A stretch of DNA of 32,000 nucleotides from Acaryochloris marina MBIC11017. GTDB taxonomy: Bacteria; Cyanobacteriota; Cyanobacteriia; Thermosynechococcales; Thermosynechococcaceae. Positions 6,581 through 16,807 of the stretch are shown here, piece by piece. The position numbers were made by a program, and so were the translations under genes. The DNA lies in contig NC_009925.1 in NCBI RefSeq assembly GCF_000018105.1, positions 540,001-572,000 on the forward strand. Reading direction: 5' to 3'. The stretch's first letter is position 1, and each line of letters opens with the position of its first letter. The notes under the pieces were generated by a model. The model did no database searches, had not been told where the DNA came from, and saw only the letters and a program-made list of their open reading frames with translations.

Positions 6581-8644
6581 ATGGCCTCACTACAGGAAGA
6601 CTTAAAAGCTGGAATTGCCGCACACCAAAAAGGACAACAGTCCCAGGCTATCCAGATTTTAGAGCGCGTGTGGCAAGCTGCCACTCCAGGAAGTTCTGTC
6701 CATGTGCAGGCCCAAATGTATCTGATCATGGCTCATCAGAGCTGTGGTCAACTCGAACAAGCTTTGATGCTCTGCCAGCCTCTAGCTGCCAGTCCCATTG
6801 CCCAAGTTCAGGAATGGGCTAATCAGGTCTTGCCTCAGTTACAGCAAGACCAGGAGAATCAAATTCCAACCGCTACGGCATCCGCTACGGCAGAGACTTC
6901 TGCTCCCAGTCCAGAACCTAGTCAACCTAGTCCGGAATTTAGCCAAAAGTCCCGGTCTTTCGGTGGGATGAAACTGGCAATGGTTGGTATTGGTGGCAAT
7001 CTCAGTTTGGCTTCTGGAATTACCATAAGCCTGCTGTTTGGGATGGTACTTGTCCTCGTCTTGGGCGTCTTTTTGATCACGGAAAGTGATAATCCAGGCT
7101 TGGGACTTGGAGCTGCCGTTATTTTTACTCTTGTTATTAATGCAGCGGTTTTCTTCTTTTCACCCTTTCTCATGGATTGGACCCAGCGGTGGCTTTATGG
7201 CACCCATTGGATCACCCTGGGAGAGCTAGAACATCTCAGTCCCGAAACCAGCCAAATTTTGCAGAGAATTTGTACTGAGAAGAATCTGAAGATGCCTCGT
7301 TTAGGCATTATTGAAGATCAAAATCCAACCGCCTTTACCTACGGTTCCCTGCCTAACAGTGCACGGCTCGTCGTAAGTCGAGGATTATTCACCTACCTAG
7401 ATGAAGACGAAGTGGCGACGGTCTATGCCCATGAGTTAGGCCACATCGTCCACTGGGATTTTGCGGTCATGACCTTAGCCTCTACTTTGGTGCAGATTAC
7501 TTATTTGATTTACACCTTTGCCAGCCGAGCAGGACGTAGAGGGGGAAGTAGCAAAGGAAAAGATGCTTTGCAAGCCGCTGCGATCTCAGCCTATATCTTC
7601 TACATCATTGGCACCTACCTGGTCTTATACCTATCCCGAACTCGGGAGTATTTTGCCGATCACTTTGCGGCAGAAGTAACAGGCAACCCCAATGCCTTAT
7701 CCCGAGCTTTAGTCAAAATTGCCTACGGAATTGTCGAAGAAGGTCAACGCTCCAAAGAGCCTAGCCGTTTACTGGAAGGAACCCGAGCTTTGGGGATCTA
7801 CGATGCCAAAGCGGCGACCTCCTCCGGCACGGCCTATCGAGTCGCTTCTGATACCAGCAAAATTGGTCGTGTCTTTTTGTGGGATCTATTCAACCCCTGG
7901 GCGTTTTGGATGGAGCTGCAATCCACCCACCCCCTCACGGGTAAACGTGTTCGGGCCTTGAGTACCTACGCGGAGCAACTAGGTTTGGACATTGAATTTG
8001 ATATGGGCCGAGTCGTGGGAGAAGGTCGCCATTTAAATAAGCAACGCCTCTATAGCCACTTCTTCCTAGATTTGTTGCTCTATGGGGCCGAATTTATTGG
8101 CTTAGGGGTGGGTCTGATTCTAGGACTTGCCGTCGGAACAAATCCCATCTCGTTAATGCTGATCGGTTTAGGGATCGGTATTCTCGCTAAAACCTTCATC
8201 ATGTATCCCAACTTTGGTCAGGCTCCTGAACGGGATATCTTAACCCTGATGTCGGATCCTTATGCCAGTCCCCTGCGTGGGCAACCTGTGCAGCTTGAAG
8301 GTCAACTGATTGGGCGTGGAGATGCGGGCTATAAGTTTGGTTCAGATTTGAAACTGCAAGATAAAAGCGGCATGTTATTTCTCCGCTATTCCTCTCGCTT
8401 TGGGCCGATCGGCAACTTCCTATTTGGTATGTCTCAAGTCAAGGACTTGATTGGAACCCAGGTGGGCACAACGGGATGGTTCCGTCGCAGTATTGCCCCC
8501 TGGATGGATCTTATCCAACTCAGAACAGATGGCGGGCGTGTGATCAATAGTTATCATCGGTTTTGGTCTTTCGGGTTTGGCGGATTTTTCATTGTTCTGG
8601 GGCTGGTCTTCAACTTTTTATTGCTTCCCGGCTTGGTCGGTTAG
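6581..8644 (+). CDS. M48-family zinc metalloprotease (HtpX/Ste24-like) with N-terminal and C-terminal extensions.
   Basis: HELGH at 7430-7444 with a downstream EYFADHFA. AAGGAG lies 6 nt upstream of the ATG. The N-terminus is helical and TPR-like, followed by a Pro/Ser/Glu linker, several TM helices and a C-terminal extension of about 200 aa. Confidence 0.9.
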   Translation: MASLQEDLKAGIAAHQKGQQSQAIQILERVWQAATPGSSVHVQAQMYLIMAHQSCGQLEQALMLCQPLAASPIAQVQEWANQVLPQLQQDQENQIPTATASATAETSAPSPEPSQPSPEFSQKSRSFGGMKLAMVGIGGNLSLASGITISLLFGMVLVLVLGVFLITESDNPGLGLGAAVIFTLVINAAVFFFSPFLMDWTQRWLYGTHWITLGELEHLSPETSQILQRICTEKNLKMPRLGIIEDQNPTAFTYGSLPNSARLVVSRGLFTYLDEDEVATVYAHELGHIVHWDFAVMTLASTLVQITYLIYTFASRAGRRGGSSKGKDALQAAAISAYIFYIIGTYLVLYLSRTREYFADHFAAEVTGNPNALSRALVKIAYGIVEEGQRSKEPSRLLEGTRALGIYDAKAATSSGTAYRVASDTSKIGRVFLWDLFNPWAFWMELQSTHPLTGKRVRALSTYAEQLGLDIEFDMGRVVGEGRHLNKQRLYSHFFLDLLLYGAEFIGLGVGLILGLAVGTNPISLMLIGLGIGILAKTFIMYPNFGQAPERDILTLMSDPYASPLRGQPVQLEGQLIGRGDAGYKFGSDLKLQDKSGMLFLRYSSRFGPIGNFLFGMSQVKDLIGTQVGTTGWFRRSIAPWMDLIQLRTDGGRVINSYHRFWSFGFGGFFIVLGLVFNFLLLPGLVG

Positions 8645-8676
8645 TTCTGAAAAAGATTCCTTGCTTAAATGCCGCT

Positions 8677-8698
8677 TCTAAGGGCTCACACCCTTAGA
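8677..8698 (+). terminator. Hairpin downstream of the M48 protease gene.
   Basis: tCTAAGGG-ctcaca-CCCTTAGa forms an 8-bp stem with a 6-nt loop, 33 nt after the stop codon. There is no clear T-run. Confidence 0.35.
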
Positions 8699-8744
8699 TT
8701 AATGGGGCCTGATCATCTCCTCACTCCTCACTAATTGCTTGAAG

Positions 8745-9410
8745 ATGCTGCCAAAACGATTGCGATTTGGGCTATGGTTCCTTATTGGCCTAGAATTTGG
8801 ACTTGCTTTGGCTTATCTGGTCGCTGTCTGGCGGCAACAGTCCGTCCCTGCATGGTTAGATTGGAACGGTCTGAGATCGTTACCATCCCTGATGCAGGCT
8901 GCCACCTTATTTGCAATCGGGGCGCTAGCGCTACTCTTGCTCATCTGCCGACAACGAACTCAACGCCCTGTCTCCAGACTGCTCCCCTTGGCTTTAGCCA
9001 GCCTTTGCCTGTATGGAGGCATTGATGAGCTGACAAAGCTCCACTTGCACCTGAATCAATACAACTGGAAAGGCATCTATGTGGCTATTTTGATTGCTAT
9101 TCCATTGATGTGTCGGCGGGATCTCGCTCGGCTATGGTGTGAGCATCGGTCAATTGTGTTGTGGGTATTTTTAGGACTCGGTATTTTCTTATTGGGTGGA
9201 TTTGGTGCGGAACTGATCAAGGAGCATCTGTATGCAGGGATCTCTCCTGAAGCCTCCTTCACCTTGGCAGGTCAAAATTTAAATCTGCTGTTTTGGATTG
9301 AACATCTCAGAGTGATGGTTGAAGAGTTTGCTGAGTTGTTAGGCGAAACCATCATTCTGTTTGGGGTGGCTCAATTTGTTCTGAAAAGCTTATCCCCACA
9401 GTTTACTTAA
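8745..9410 (+). CDS. Hypothetical integral membrane protein.
   Basis: ORF with about 6 hydrophobic helices. The ATG at 8745 lies two codons inside the track's TTG at 8739. Confidence 0.7.
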   Translation: MLPKRLRFGLWFLIGLEFGLALAYLVAVWRQQSVPAWLDWNGLRSLPSLMQAATLFAIGALALLLLICRQRTQRPVSRLLPLALASLCLYGGIDELTKLHLHLNQYNWKGIYVAILIAIPLMCRRDLARLWCEHRSIVLWVFLGLGIFLLGGFGAELIKEHLYAGISPEASFTLAGQNLNLLFWIEHLRVMVEEFAELLGETIILFGVAQFVLKSLSPQFT

Positions 9411-9492
9411 GCCATGCGTTGGTGATTGCCTCTCTCCCCTAGAGGTCCATTGACCTAGTAAGATAGGAGAGACCCGCAATTATTAAGAAACT

Positions 9493-10698
9493 GTGAAAGC
9501 AATTACTCTTCTCGGCTCAACAGGATCCATCGGCACCCAAACCCTGGATATTGTCGCTCAGTATCCCGATCAGTTTCGAATTGTGGGGATGGCTGCTGGT
9601 CGCAATATTGAGCTGCTGTCACAACAAATACGGCAGTTCCGGCCTGAGATTGTGGCGATCGCAGATCCGAATCAACTCTCTGATCTCAAAGATGCGATCG
9701 CAGATGTTGATCCTCAACCCCAACTTTTAGCCGGAGAAGCGGGTGTGGTGGAAGTGGCCGCTTACGGTGATGCCGAATCCGTGGTTACCGGGATTGTTGG
9801 CTGTGCAGGTCTATTACCCACTATTGCCGCCATCAAGGCTGGAAAAGATATTGCCCTCGCCAATAAAGAGACCCTAATTGCGGGCGGTCCGGTGGTACTA
9901 CCCCTAGTGGAGAAACATGGGGTCAAGCTATTACCTGCAGACTCAGAGCATTCCGCCATTTTTCAGTGTTTACAAGGTGTGCCAGAAGGGGGACTACGCC
10001 GGATTATCCTGACGGCATCTGGGGGAGCATTCCGAGATTGGCCCGTAGAAAAGTTACCGGAAGTCACCGTTGCTGATGCCCTCAAGCATCCCAATTGGTC
10101 CATGGGCAAAAAAATTACTGTTGACTCCGCCACCTTGATGAACAAAGGGCTGGAAGTGATTGAAGCCCATTACCTATTTGGCGTGGATTACGACCATATT
10201 GATATTGTTATCCATCCCCAAAGCATTATTCACTCTTTGATTGAACTGCAAGATACGTCAGTGCTGGCTCAGCTAGGCTGGCCCGATATGCGGCTTCCTC
10301 TGCTCTATTCCTTGTCCTGGCCCGAGCGCATTGCCACCGATTGGGAACAGTTAGATCTCGTTAAGTCTGGGGATCTAACCTTCCGTGAACCCAACCACCA
10401 GAAATATCCCTGTATGCAGTTGGCCTATGATGTGGGCCGCATGGGGGGAGCCATGCCAGCGGTAATGAATGCCGCCAATGAGCAGGCCGTTGCCTTGTTC
10501 TTAGAAGAAAAAATTAGCTTCTTAGATATTCCCAAGGTGATTGAAACGGCTTGCGATCGCTATCAATCCCAAAACACCTTGCAACCTAGCCTAGAAGACA
10601 TCCTGGCTGCTGATCAGTGGGCAAGACAAGAGATACTCACCATTAGCCAAAGCCAAACCCCAGTGGTTACGGCGAGTCCACAACTGTCGGCGATTTAG
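9493..10698 (+). CDS. dxr: 1-deoxy-D-xylulose-5-phosphate reductoisomerase.
   Basis: [21 protein letters not shown] (NADPH site), LANKE, DSEHSA and HPNWSMG motifs. The start is GTG. Confidence 0.95.
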   Translation: MKAITLLGSTGSIGTQTLDIVAQYPDQFRIVGMAAGRNIELLSQQIRQFRPEIVAIADPNQLSDLKDAIADVDPQPQLLAGEAGVVEVAAYGDAESVVTGIVGCAGLLPTIAAIKAGKDIALANKETLIAGGPVVLPLVEKHGVKLLPADSEHSAIFQCLQGVPEGGLRRIILTASGGAFRDWPVEKLPEVTVADALKHPNWSMGKKITVDSATLMNKGLEVIEAHYLFGVDYDHIDIVIHPQSIIHSLIELQDTSVLAQLGWPDMRLPLLYSLSWPERIATDWEQLDLVKSGDLTFREPNHQKYPCMQLAYDVGRMGGAMPAVMNAANEQAVALFLEEKISFLDIPKVIETACDRYQSQNTLQPSLEDILAADQWARQEILTISQSQTPVVTASPQLSAI

Positions 10699-11581
10699 TT
10701 GCGAGTTCTGTAGCCTGACGCCCCAGACTACAGGAGCTAGCAATGGCAAAGGGGACGGTTTGGGTGAACTGAAAAGGTTCTTCGGCACGATGGACCTCTA
10801 CATGGAGATGTGGGCCACTACTCCAGCCAGAGTTACCGCTATAGCCAATAATCTGTCCGGCCTTAACTTGATCCCCAACTTTAAGGTTCACCCGGTGGCG
10901 AAATCCTTGTTGCAGGTGAACATAAGCAGAACGGTACCCACCATCATGTTCCAACCAGACGTGATTAAATCGATGAATTTGTTCTTTGCCGCCCCCACGA
11001 TCAGGGTATTTATCTTGGATACTGATGACTCGCCCTGATCGCATCGCATAGACTGGCGTACCAATCCCAGCTGCATAATCATAGGCATATTCCATCCGAC
11101 CATTGTGGGTGACCCCTCGTATCCCTTGACTTAACCATCCTTGCCCCCAGAGCGGATGGCAAAAACCTTCCAAAGGCGAGTCAACGGTCGGCTGCTCATG
11201 GAGAGCCAAGGTCAATAACCTCAGATTGGCTGTCGGCTTAATTTCCTGTGGAGGCTGGGCAATAGGGGGATCATCCTTAGCAATATCTGCACCTCCCATT
11301 GTGCCGGTCAAGTGAGTTTTAAAAGGGCTATAGGGATGGAAAATCGCTAATAGCACTAATATGAGTCCCAACCCTGAAGTCATCCATAGATAGGGGGACT
11401 GGTGGATCCTGGTGAGAAAAGAGACCAGGGGCCTCTGGTTACCGAAATTACGTTGTGAAATTGAAGGGGGACGTTGCTGAGGAGCTTGATCACTCATTCC
11501 TTGTTGCACGAGGCGTTCACCAATCCAGATGTTCTTTGAAAGAATTGATAGAGAAAGCTGATCTAGAGTGATGCATGGCAT
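10667..11581 (-). CDS. M23-family (LytM-type) peptidase with an N-terminal membrane anchor.
   Basis: HxxxD-type region (YAYDYAAG...), [19 protein letters not shown] and a TM helix [11 protein letters not shown]. The 3' end overlaps dxr by 32 nt. Confidence 0.85.
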   Translation of the reverse strand: MPCITLDQLSLSILSKNIWIGERLVQQGMSDQAPQQRPPSISQRNFGNQRPLVSFLTRIHQSPYLWMTSGLGLILVLLAIFHPYSPFKTHLTGTMGGADIAKDDPPIAQPPQEIKPTANLRLLTLALHEQPTVDSPLEGFCHPLWGQGWLSQGIRGVTHNGRMEYAYDYAAGIGTPVYAMRSGRVISIQDKYPDRGGGKEQIHRFNHVWLEHDGGYRSAYVHLQQGFRHRVNLKVGDQVKAGQIIGYSGNSGWSSGPHLHVEVHRAEEPFQFTQTVPFAIASSCSLGRQATELATKSPTVVDSP

Positions 11582-11987
11582 CTAGATAGCTAAAGGAGAA
11601 ACATCACAGAGGAAAACTGCAGATTAAAAAGTTAAATATCACTTCACAAGTCTACAGATACCAGTACTATTTCCAGACGTAAGAGAAAGTCTTTTGTTCT
11701 TTATATCTAAAAATAATTTGCCCTTGAACGGGACTGAATCAAAACTTTGTAAATGAATTGACACAAAGGTTTTGTCCTACTGAGTCTCACATAAATAAAT
11801 TGTTATCTTGTCAAGAAAAATTAGTGAACTTTCTTGAAGAAATATCTTTGCATCTGTTTAGCTGAAGGGGCTAAATCGAGGATGATCGGTTCAGAGAAAA
11901 CACTCCCACCCTGAAGGTGGAAAATAAGTCTTTACCTATTGGTTTGGAACGTTCTCGAACAAGCAATGTCTTCCACTAGAGCTGGAG

Positions 11988-13100
11988 CTATTGGGATGTA
12001 AACAGTGCTCCAGGTCTCAAACGTAGCTTACCCCGCCGCTTTGCTTTTTGCTGATGGAGGGCTTGCTGTAAACGTCCGACTAATTCCAATGTTCGCCGAG
12101 ACTCCAAAGAAGCACAATCTTTTTGATGAGTCTGGACGCGATCGCGCCCCTGTTGCTTAGCCACATACAAAGCTCGATCGGCCGCTTCAATCAAAATTGA
12201 GGGGGCCACATTCTCATCAGGGACCTGACTGGCAACCCCTAAGCTTGCAGTAACGTTATTTCCTGTCGAAGAGTGTTGGTGAGGAATCGCAAGCTCCTGA
12301 ATCGTACTGCGGATTGCCTCAGCAACTTGGATTGCCCCATCTAAATCGGTATTCGGTAAGATAATGGCAAACTCTTCCCCCCCATAGCGAGCAACACAAT
12401 CGGCAGGTCGTTTGGCTACTTTAGCAATGGCTTGGGCGACTTGCCGCAGACAAACATCTCCAGCCTGGTGACCATAAGTATCGTTAAACGCCTTGAAATG
12501 ATCGACATCGCACATAATCAAGGATAAGGGATGATTCTCTCGACACAATCTATTCCATTCCGATAAAAAGGTCTCATCAAAGCAACGACGATTGTTGACT
12601 TGAGTTAAGCTATCTATCGTTACCAGTTCTTCCAACTGCTGATTGGCAAGTTCAAGCTGTTCAGACAGGGATTGTAAGGTTCGATTTTTTGCATCCAGTT
12701 CCAGTAATAAGCTTTGGCGTTCAACGGCATACTGAATAGAGCGACGTAAATGACTACTTGTAAATCGTCCTTTCACTAAATAGTCTTGGGCACCTTCTTG
12801 CATTGCCTTCAGAGCGACTGCTTCATCTGAATTGCCACTCAATATAATTACGGGAGTTAAAGGAAACGCTCGATTGACTTGGTGGAATAAATCAAGCCCT
12901 ACAGTTCCTGCAATACACAAATCCAATAGAACAAGATCAATCTCAATCTCAGACTCTAATAACTCAAACCCACTCGCTAGATCGGAACAGTGTAAAAGAT
13001 CTACAGGGAAATCATGGCTGATACTCAGCAATTCCCGAACAATTTCTACATCCTGCTCGTCATCATCGATCATTAGAATACTGAGATGAGCAGCTTGCAT
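11988..13100 (-). CDS. Response-regulator receiver plus coiled-coil linker plus GGDEF diguanylate cyclase.
   Basis: REC domain (MIDDDEQD..., LVLLDL, ILSG). GGEEF active site in RYGGEEF, with an RxxD I-site (RPAD) five residues upstream. Confidence 0.9.
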   Translation of the reverse strand: MQAAHLSILMIDDDEQDVEIVRELLSISHDFPVDLLHCSDLASGFELLESEIEIDLVLLDLCIAGTVGLDLFHQVNRAFPLTPVIILSGNSDEAVALKAMQEGAQDYLVKGRFTSSHLRRSIQYAVERQSLLLELDAKNRTLQSLSEQLELANQQLEELVTIDSLTQVNNRRCFDETFLSEWNRLCRENHPLSLIMCDVDHFKAFNDTYGHQAGDVCLRQVAQAIAKVAKRPADCVARYGGEEFAIILPNTDLDGAIQVAEAIRSTIQELAIPHQHSSTGNNVTASLGVASQVPDENVAPSILIEAADRALYVAKQQGRDRVQTHQKDCASLESRRTLELVGRLQQALHQQKAKRRGKLRLRPGALFTSQ

Positions 13101-13615
13101 TTTTTAGGGGCCCCCTTGTCAAAAAAATAGACGTTCTTCTGGGCAAAAAATCACTATCCTTCCGAACTAATACGGAGAAGATAAGTCCTTCGTTATCTCT
13201 CTTATACCGCCCTATGATGCCCAAAATCTTCCGTAATCCTACGTATTTTTAAGGCTTCGAAGAATGAAAATAATTGAAGCAGGTTCAAGGCATCCTAGTA
13301 AATTCGGGCCGTTCCCTATTTCTGTCTAAGGAGCCAGCCCCATTCATCCCTTCTGAAACGTGTTAATACTGTTTAGTGTCACTTTTTTGTAGCTTTAGAT
13401 ACAATCTGCGATCGTTTTCTAGTTAACCAGAGGTAACTGGAAAACACTTGCTAATAACTAGTTATTCACTAATTGCTTAATATGAGTTTTCTTTAATGGC
13501 GATATGTGTTGATTGAATTAACTTAAATGGGTAAAAATATTACATTAATTAGCATTAAGATGACTCGCTTATTGCTGATTTGATAGTCGTAATTCACCTG
13601 GCAAATGCCTCATGC

Positions 13616-14812
13616 TCACTCAGGTAAAACGAGTTCAAGGACTCGCAATAGGTTGAGTCCCATAATTTTACTCATTTCCTCAGTGTTAAATCCCTCTGCC
13701 TGCAATGCCTCAGTAATTAAAGGCAAACCCGTAACATCAAAGGGGGAGCGAACTGCTCCATCAAAGTCAGACCCCAAACCAACATAGTCCACGCCGACTA
13801 GGTCAACAACATAACGTATTGCCTTGGCAATAGATGCAGCATCATTTCCGCAAATTGCGGTTGGCCAATATCCAATTCCAATCACTCCCCCTGTCTTTGC
13901 AATTGCCTTAATCTGTTGATCAGTGAGATTACGCGTGTTATCGCAAGTTCCTTTTACACCTGTGTGGGAAACCACAACAGGCTGGGTGCTCAGGGCAACG
14001 ACTTCATCAATAACTGGTGCAGAAGAATGGGCTAAGTCTATCAGCAGGTGTAGATCTTGGGCTTTTGCAATGACCTGACGTCCAAAACGGGTTAGCCCCC
14101 CTTTTTGCAGGCCATGGGCTGAACCCCCTACTTCAGTATCAAAAAAATGAGCTAGTCCCAACATCCTAAATCCGGCTTCATAAAGGCGATCTACATTCTC
14201 CAAGCGACCTTGTAAGGCATGAGCTCCCTCTAGCCCTAAAAGACTGGCTGTTAATTGGGGCTGCCGTTTCCGAGCTTGGAGAAAAGACTTGAGGTCAGCT
14301 TGATTGTTTATAAGTCGAAACTGGCGTTGAGACTCAGCCAGCTTATGGAGTTTTTCCGCTTGATACAACGCTCTTTGTAATAGGCTGTTCCAGGTCGATA
14401 ACGGCCAACGTTGAATTAGGGCTAGCTTCAAGATGTCATCAGAACGATGATCGTTATTCTCAAGCTTGAGATCAGTGGGCACTTTGGTGACAACGGTCAA
14501 GACTTGCAAGGCCACATTGGCATCCTGCAACCGTGGCAAATCAACATGTCCATACGGATGTTTTTGACTTAAGTCCCGGTTCCACAGCAAAGAATCGGCA
14601 TGAAGATCGGCAATCCATAATTCTTGGTGAATCTGGCTCACTGAGTCTACTACAGGGTAGGGCGGCCGTTGTACCACCGGATTAAATCGCTTATCCATGA
14701 GGATAGGTAATTGGGCAAAGACTAGGGACACTGCGATTATTGCGAGTCCAATCACTCCCAATATGCCCCAACGACGTTTACGCCATCGAGAAGCTCGTTT
14801 GCCTTTAGACAT
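13616..14812 (-). CDS. M19-family membrane dipeptidase.
   Basis: DLHADSLLW, VVSHTG and GLGSDFDG motifs, plus an N-terminal TM anchor. The ATG at 14812 lies two codons inside the track's TTG at 14818. Confidence 0.85.
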   Translation of the reverse strand: MSKGKRASRWRKRRWGILGVIGLAIIAVSLVFAQLPILMDKRFNPVVQRPPYPVVDSVSQIHQELWIADLHADSLLWNRDLSQKHPYGHVDLPRLQDANVALQVLTVVTKVPTDLKLENNDHRSDDILKLALIQRWPLSTWNSLLQRALYQAEKLHKLAESQRQFRLINNQADLKSFLQARKRQPQLTASLLGLEGAHALQGRLENVDRLYEAGFRMLGLAHFFDTEVGGSAHGLQKGGLTRFGRQVIAKAQDLHLLIDLAHSSAPVIDEVVALSTQPVVVSHTGVKGTCDNTRNLTDQQIKAIAKTGGVIGIGYWPTAICGNDAASIAKAIRYVVDLVGVDYVGLGSDFDGAVRSPFDVTGLPLITEALQAEGFNTEEMSKIMGLNLLRVLELVLPE

Positions 14813-14895
14813 TGTCAAAATGTTGATGAATGTTCTTCATGGGACTGGTAAGCACTAGGATCTATGTCATCGATACCATAGGTTGCTTTGAGCGG

Positions 14896-16179
14896 ATGAA
14901 TCGGGGGCGTATTACTGTTTCTATCCTGATCATTAGCCTACTGACTGCTGGAGGGATGGCTGTACAAGTCTTCCGGCAGCATCGTCAAAGCTATGTTCTA
15001 ACCTTAGCAACCGCGAGTAAAACCGGCGAATACTATCAATTTGGCCAAGCATTAGCAACGGTTGTCGCTCGCCATCATCCCCAAATTCAGATTAACGTCA
15101 TTCAGACAGAAGGCTCGTCGCAAAATCTGGAGCTGATCGAATCAGGGGCAGCCCAGTTAGCTCTTATCCAGGGAGATTCATCGATTCAATCATCAGCGCA
15201 AGCTATGGCGTTACTGTTCCCTGAGACAGCCCATGTCCTCGTCAATAGACAAGCGGGTATTGAAACGATGGCAGATTTGCCAGGGAAACAAGTCGCTTTA
15301 CCACCTAAAGGGAGTGGTGCTTATCAATTATTTATGCCGATTGCCCAGCATTATGGCTTCAATACGGATCAGATTCGCTCCTTTTCTTCAGCCTCTACGG
15401 CCTATCAACAGTTAAAGGAAGGAGAGGTGGATGCTTTATTTCAGGTAATACGCCCCGGGAATAAGGCTTTGCGGAAAATATTGCGTTTACCAAATATAGA
15501 TCTCATACCGATTGAGCAAACCGATGCCCTTCGCCTCACTTACCCCTATTTAGAAGATGCGTTTATTCCCCAAGGGACCTACGACGGCAAGATTCCCCTT
15601 CCCTTTCAAGATGTTAAAACAGTCGCCGTTCGAGCCCTAATCATTGCCAATAAGCAAGTTAATGCTGAAGTTATCTATGCCATTACTCGCGTGCTCCATG
15701 AGCGAAAAATGGAGATAGTGACCGCTTATCCACCCGCTTTTACTATTGAGCGGCCAGAATCCCAAGACATTTTAGGCTGGTCTCTCCACGCTGGTGCAGA
15801 ACAGTATTACACCAAGAATCAACCTAATTTTTGGGTGCAGTATGCAGAGCTGTTAGGGTTATTTCTGTCTCTTGCTGTACTGGGTATTTCTGGGATCTGG
15901 CAGCTTCGTCTTTGGTTAATTGGACGACAAAAAAACCGAGCAGATATGTATAATCTCCAATTGCTGGATTTGATCGAAACTATCCAAGAAACCCAAGATC
16001 TGGAAGAACTTAAACAGGTCAGACGGAGATTGTTTTCAATTCTGCAAGCCGTTGTGATTGATCTTGATAAGGACCGCATTTCGGCAGAATCTTTTCAGTC
16101 CTTCACTATGCCATGGGAAGTGGCTATCACCACGCTGCGACATAGAGAAACCATCTTATTAAAGGTGCAATCTCCATAG
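14896..16179 (+). CDS. TAXI-family (TRAP-associated) solute-binding-protein-like protein with a C-terminal TM helix and helical tail.
   Basis: TASKTGEYYQFGQALA and TEGSSQNLELIESGAAQLALIQGD resemble TAXI SBP motifs. There is an N-terminal signal anchor from the ATG at 14896 (MNRGRITVSILIISLL); the track start at 14830 is also possible. A TM helix LLGLFLSLAVLGISGIW lies near the C-terminus. Confidence 0.75.
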   Translation: MNRGRITVSILIISLLTAGGMAVQVFRQHRQSYVLTLATASKTGEYYQFGQALATVVARHHPQIQINVIQTEGSSQNLELIESGAAQLALIQGDSSIQSSAQAMALLFPETAHVLVNRQAGIETMADLPGKQVALPPKGSGAYQLFMPIAQHYGFNTDQIRSFSSASTAYQQLKEGEVDALFQVIRPGNKALRKILRLPNIDLIPIEQTDALRLTYPYLEDAFIPQGTYDGKIPLPFQDVKTVAVRALIIANKQVNAEVIYAITRVLHERKMEIVTAYPPAFTIERPESQDILGWSLHAGAEQYYTKNQPNFWVQYAELLGLFLSLAVLGISGIWQLRLWLIGRQKNRADMYNLQLLDLIETIQETQDLEELKQVRRRLFSILQAVVIDLDKDRISAESFQSFTMPWEVAITTLRHRETILLKVQSP

Positions 16180-16538
16180 TTCTTGATCAATTTGCTCTAA
16201 TGATATTCTTTCTCTTGCTCGACTACACTTTTTACCTATGCTTGAGAACCCGCCTTTAGGGGCTTGGGCTTAAGGAAACAACTGTTGGATTGGAAGGTCT
16301 CAATTCCCAAATGATCCGCCTTAATCCTCTGGTTTGGTTGGAGGAATCGTTAGATTTGACCTTTACCATGGTTATAGCTTCATCTAACAAATTCGGGTGT
16401 TGCCAGTCCCACAAGATTGGGGCTGATTGTCCAACTTAAAGGTGAGACCAGCGTGTTATGAAAAATATGCTACCGTTAACAGCAAAAGTGAGAATTTATG
16501 ATCAACGATTAAAATCCCCTTTAAAGGGTTCATCCTTG

Positions 16539-16557
16539 CCTCCATTGAAAATGGAGG
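16539..16557 (+). terminator. Terminator-like hairpin in the long non-coding region upstream of the rbp gene.
   Basis: CCTCCAT-tgaaa-ATGGAGG followed by tgtttg. It is preceded by the 12-bp palindrome CCCTTTAAAGGG at 16517-16528. Confidence 0.3.
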
Positions 16558-16807
16558 TGTTTGACTGACCAGTTCTAGCACTATTAACTCCTGCATAGGG
16601 TTTTTAGGTGTCAAAAAAGGCCAAAATCACTGTAAAGATTGCTTCTTAACTCAGCATCAAGTTTGGGGATCGGTTACTATAAGCAGCGAGATATAAATAT
16701 CGGTTTCCCGTTAGTTTTCAGAATTGCTTGGTTTTATCCAGCTCAATTTTTAAGACCACGCACCGAAATCTAATTCTCTACACCCTACTGATTTTGGGAT
16801 TTAATTC

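Noticed and set aside
16458-16568. 36-aa ORF (MKNMLPLTAKVRIYDQRLKSPLKGSSLPPLKMEVFD) in the rbp upstream region.
   Set aside because: It has no SD sequence, and its 3' third is simply the palindrome plus the hairpin read as codons, so it is more likely RNA or DNA structure than a peptide.
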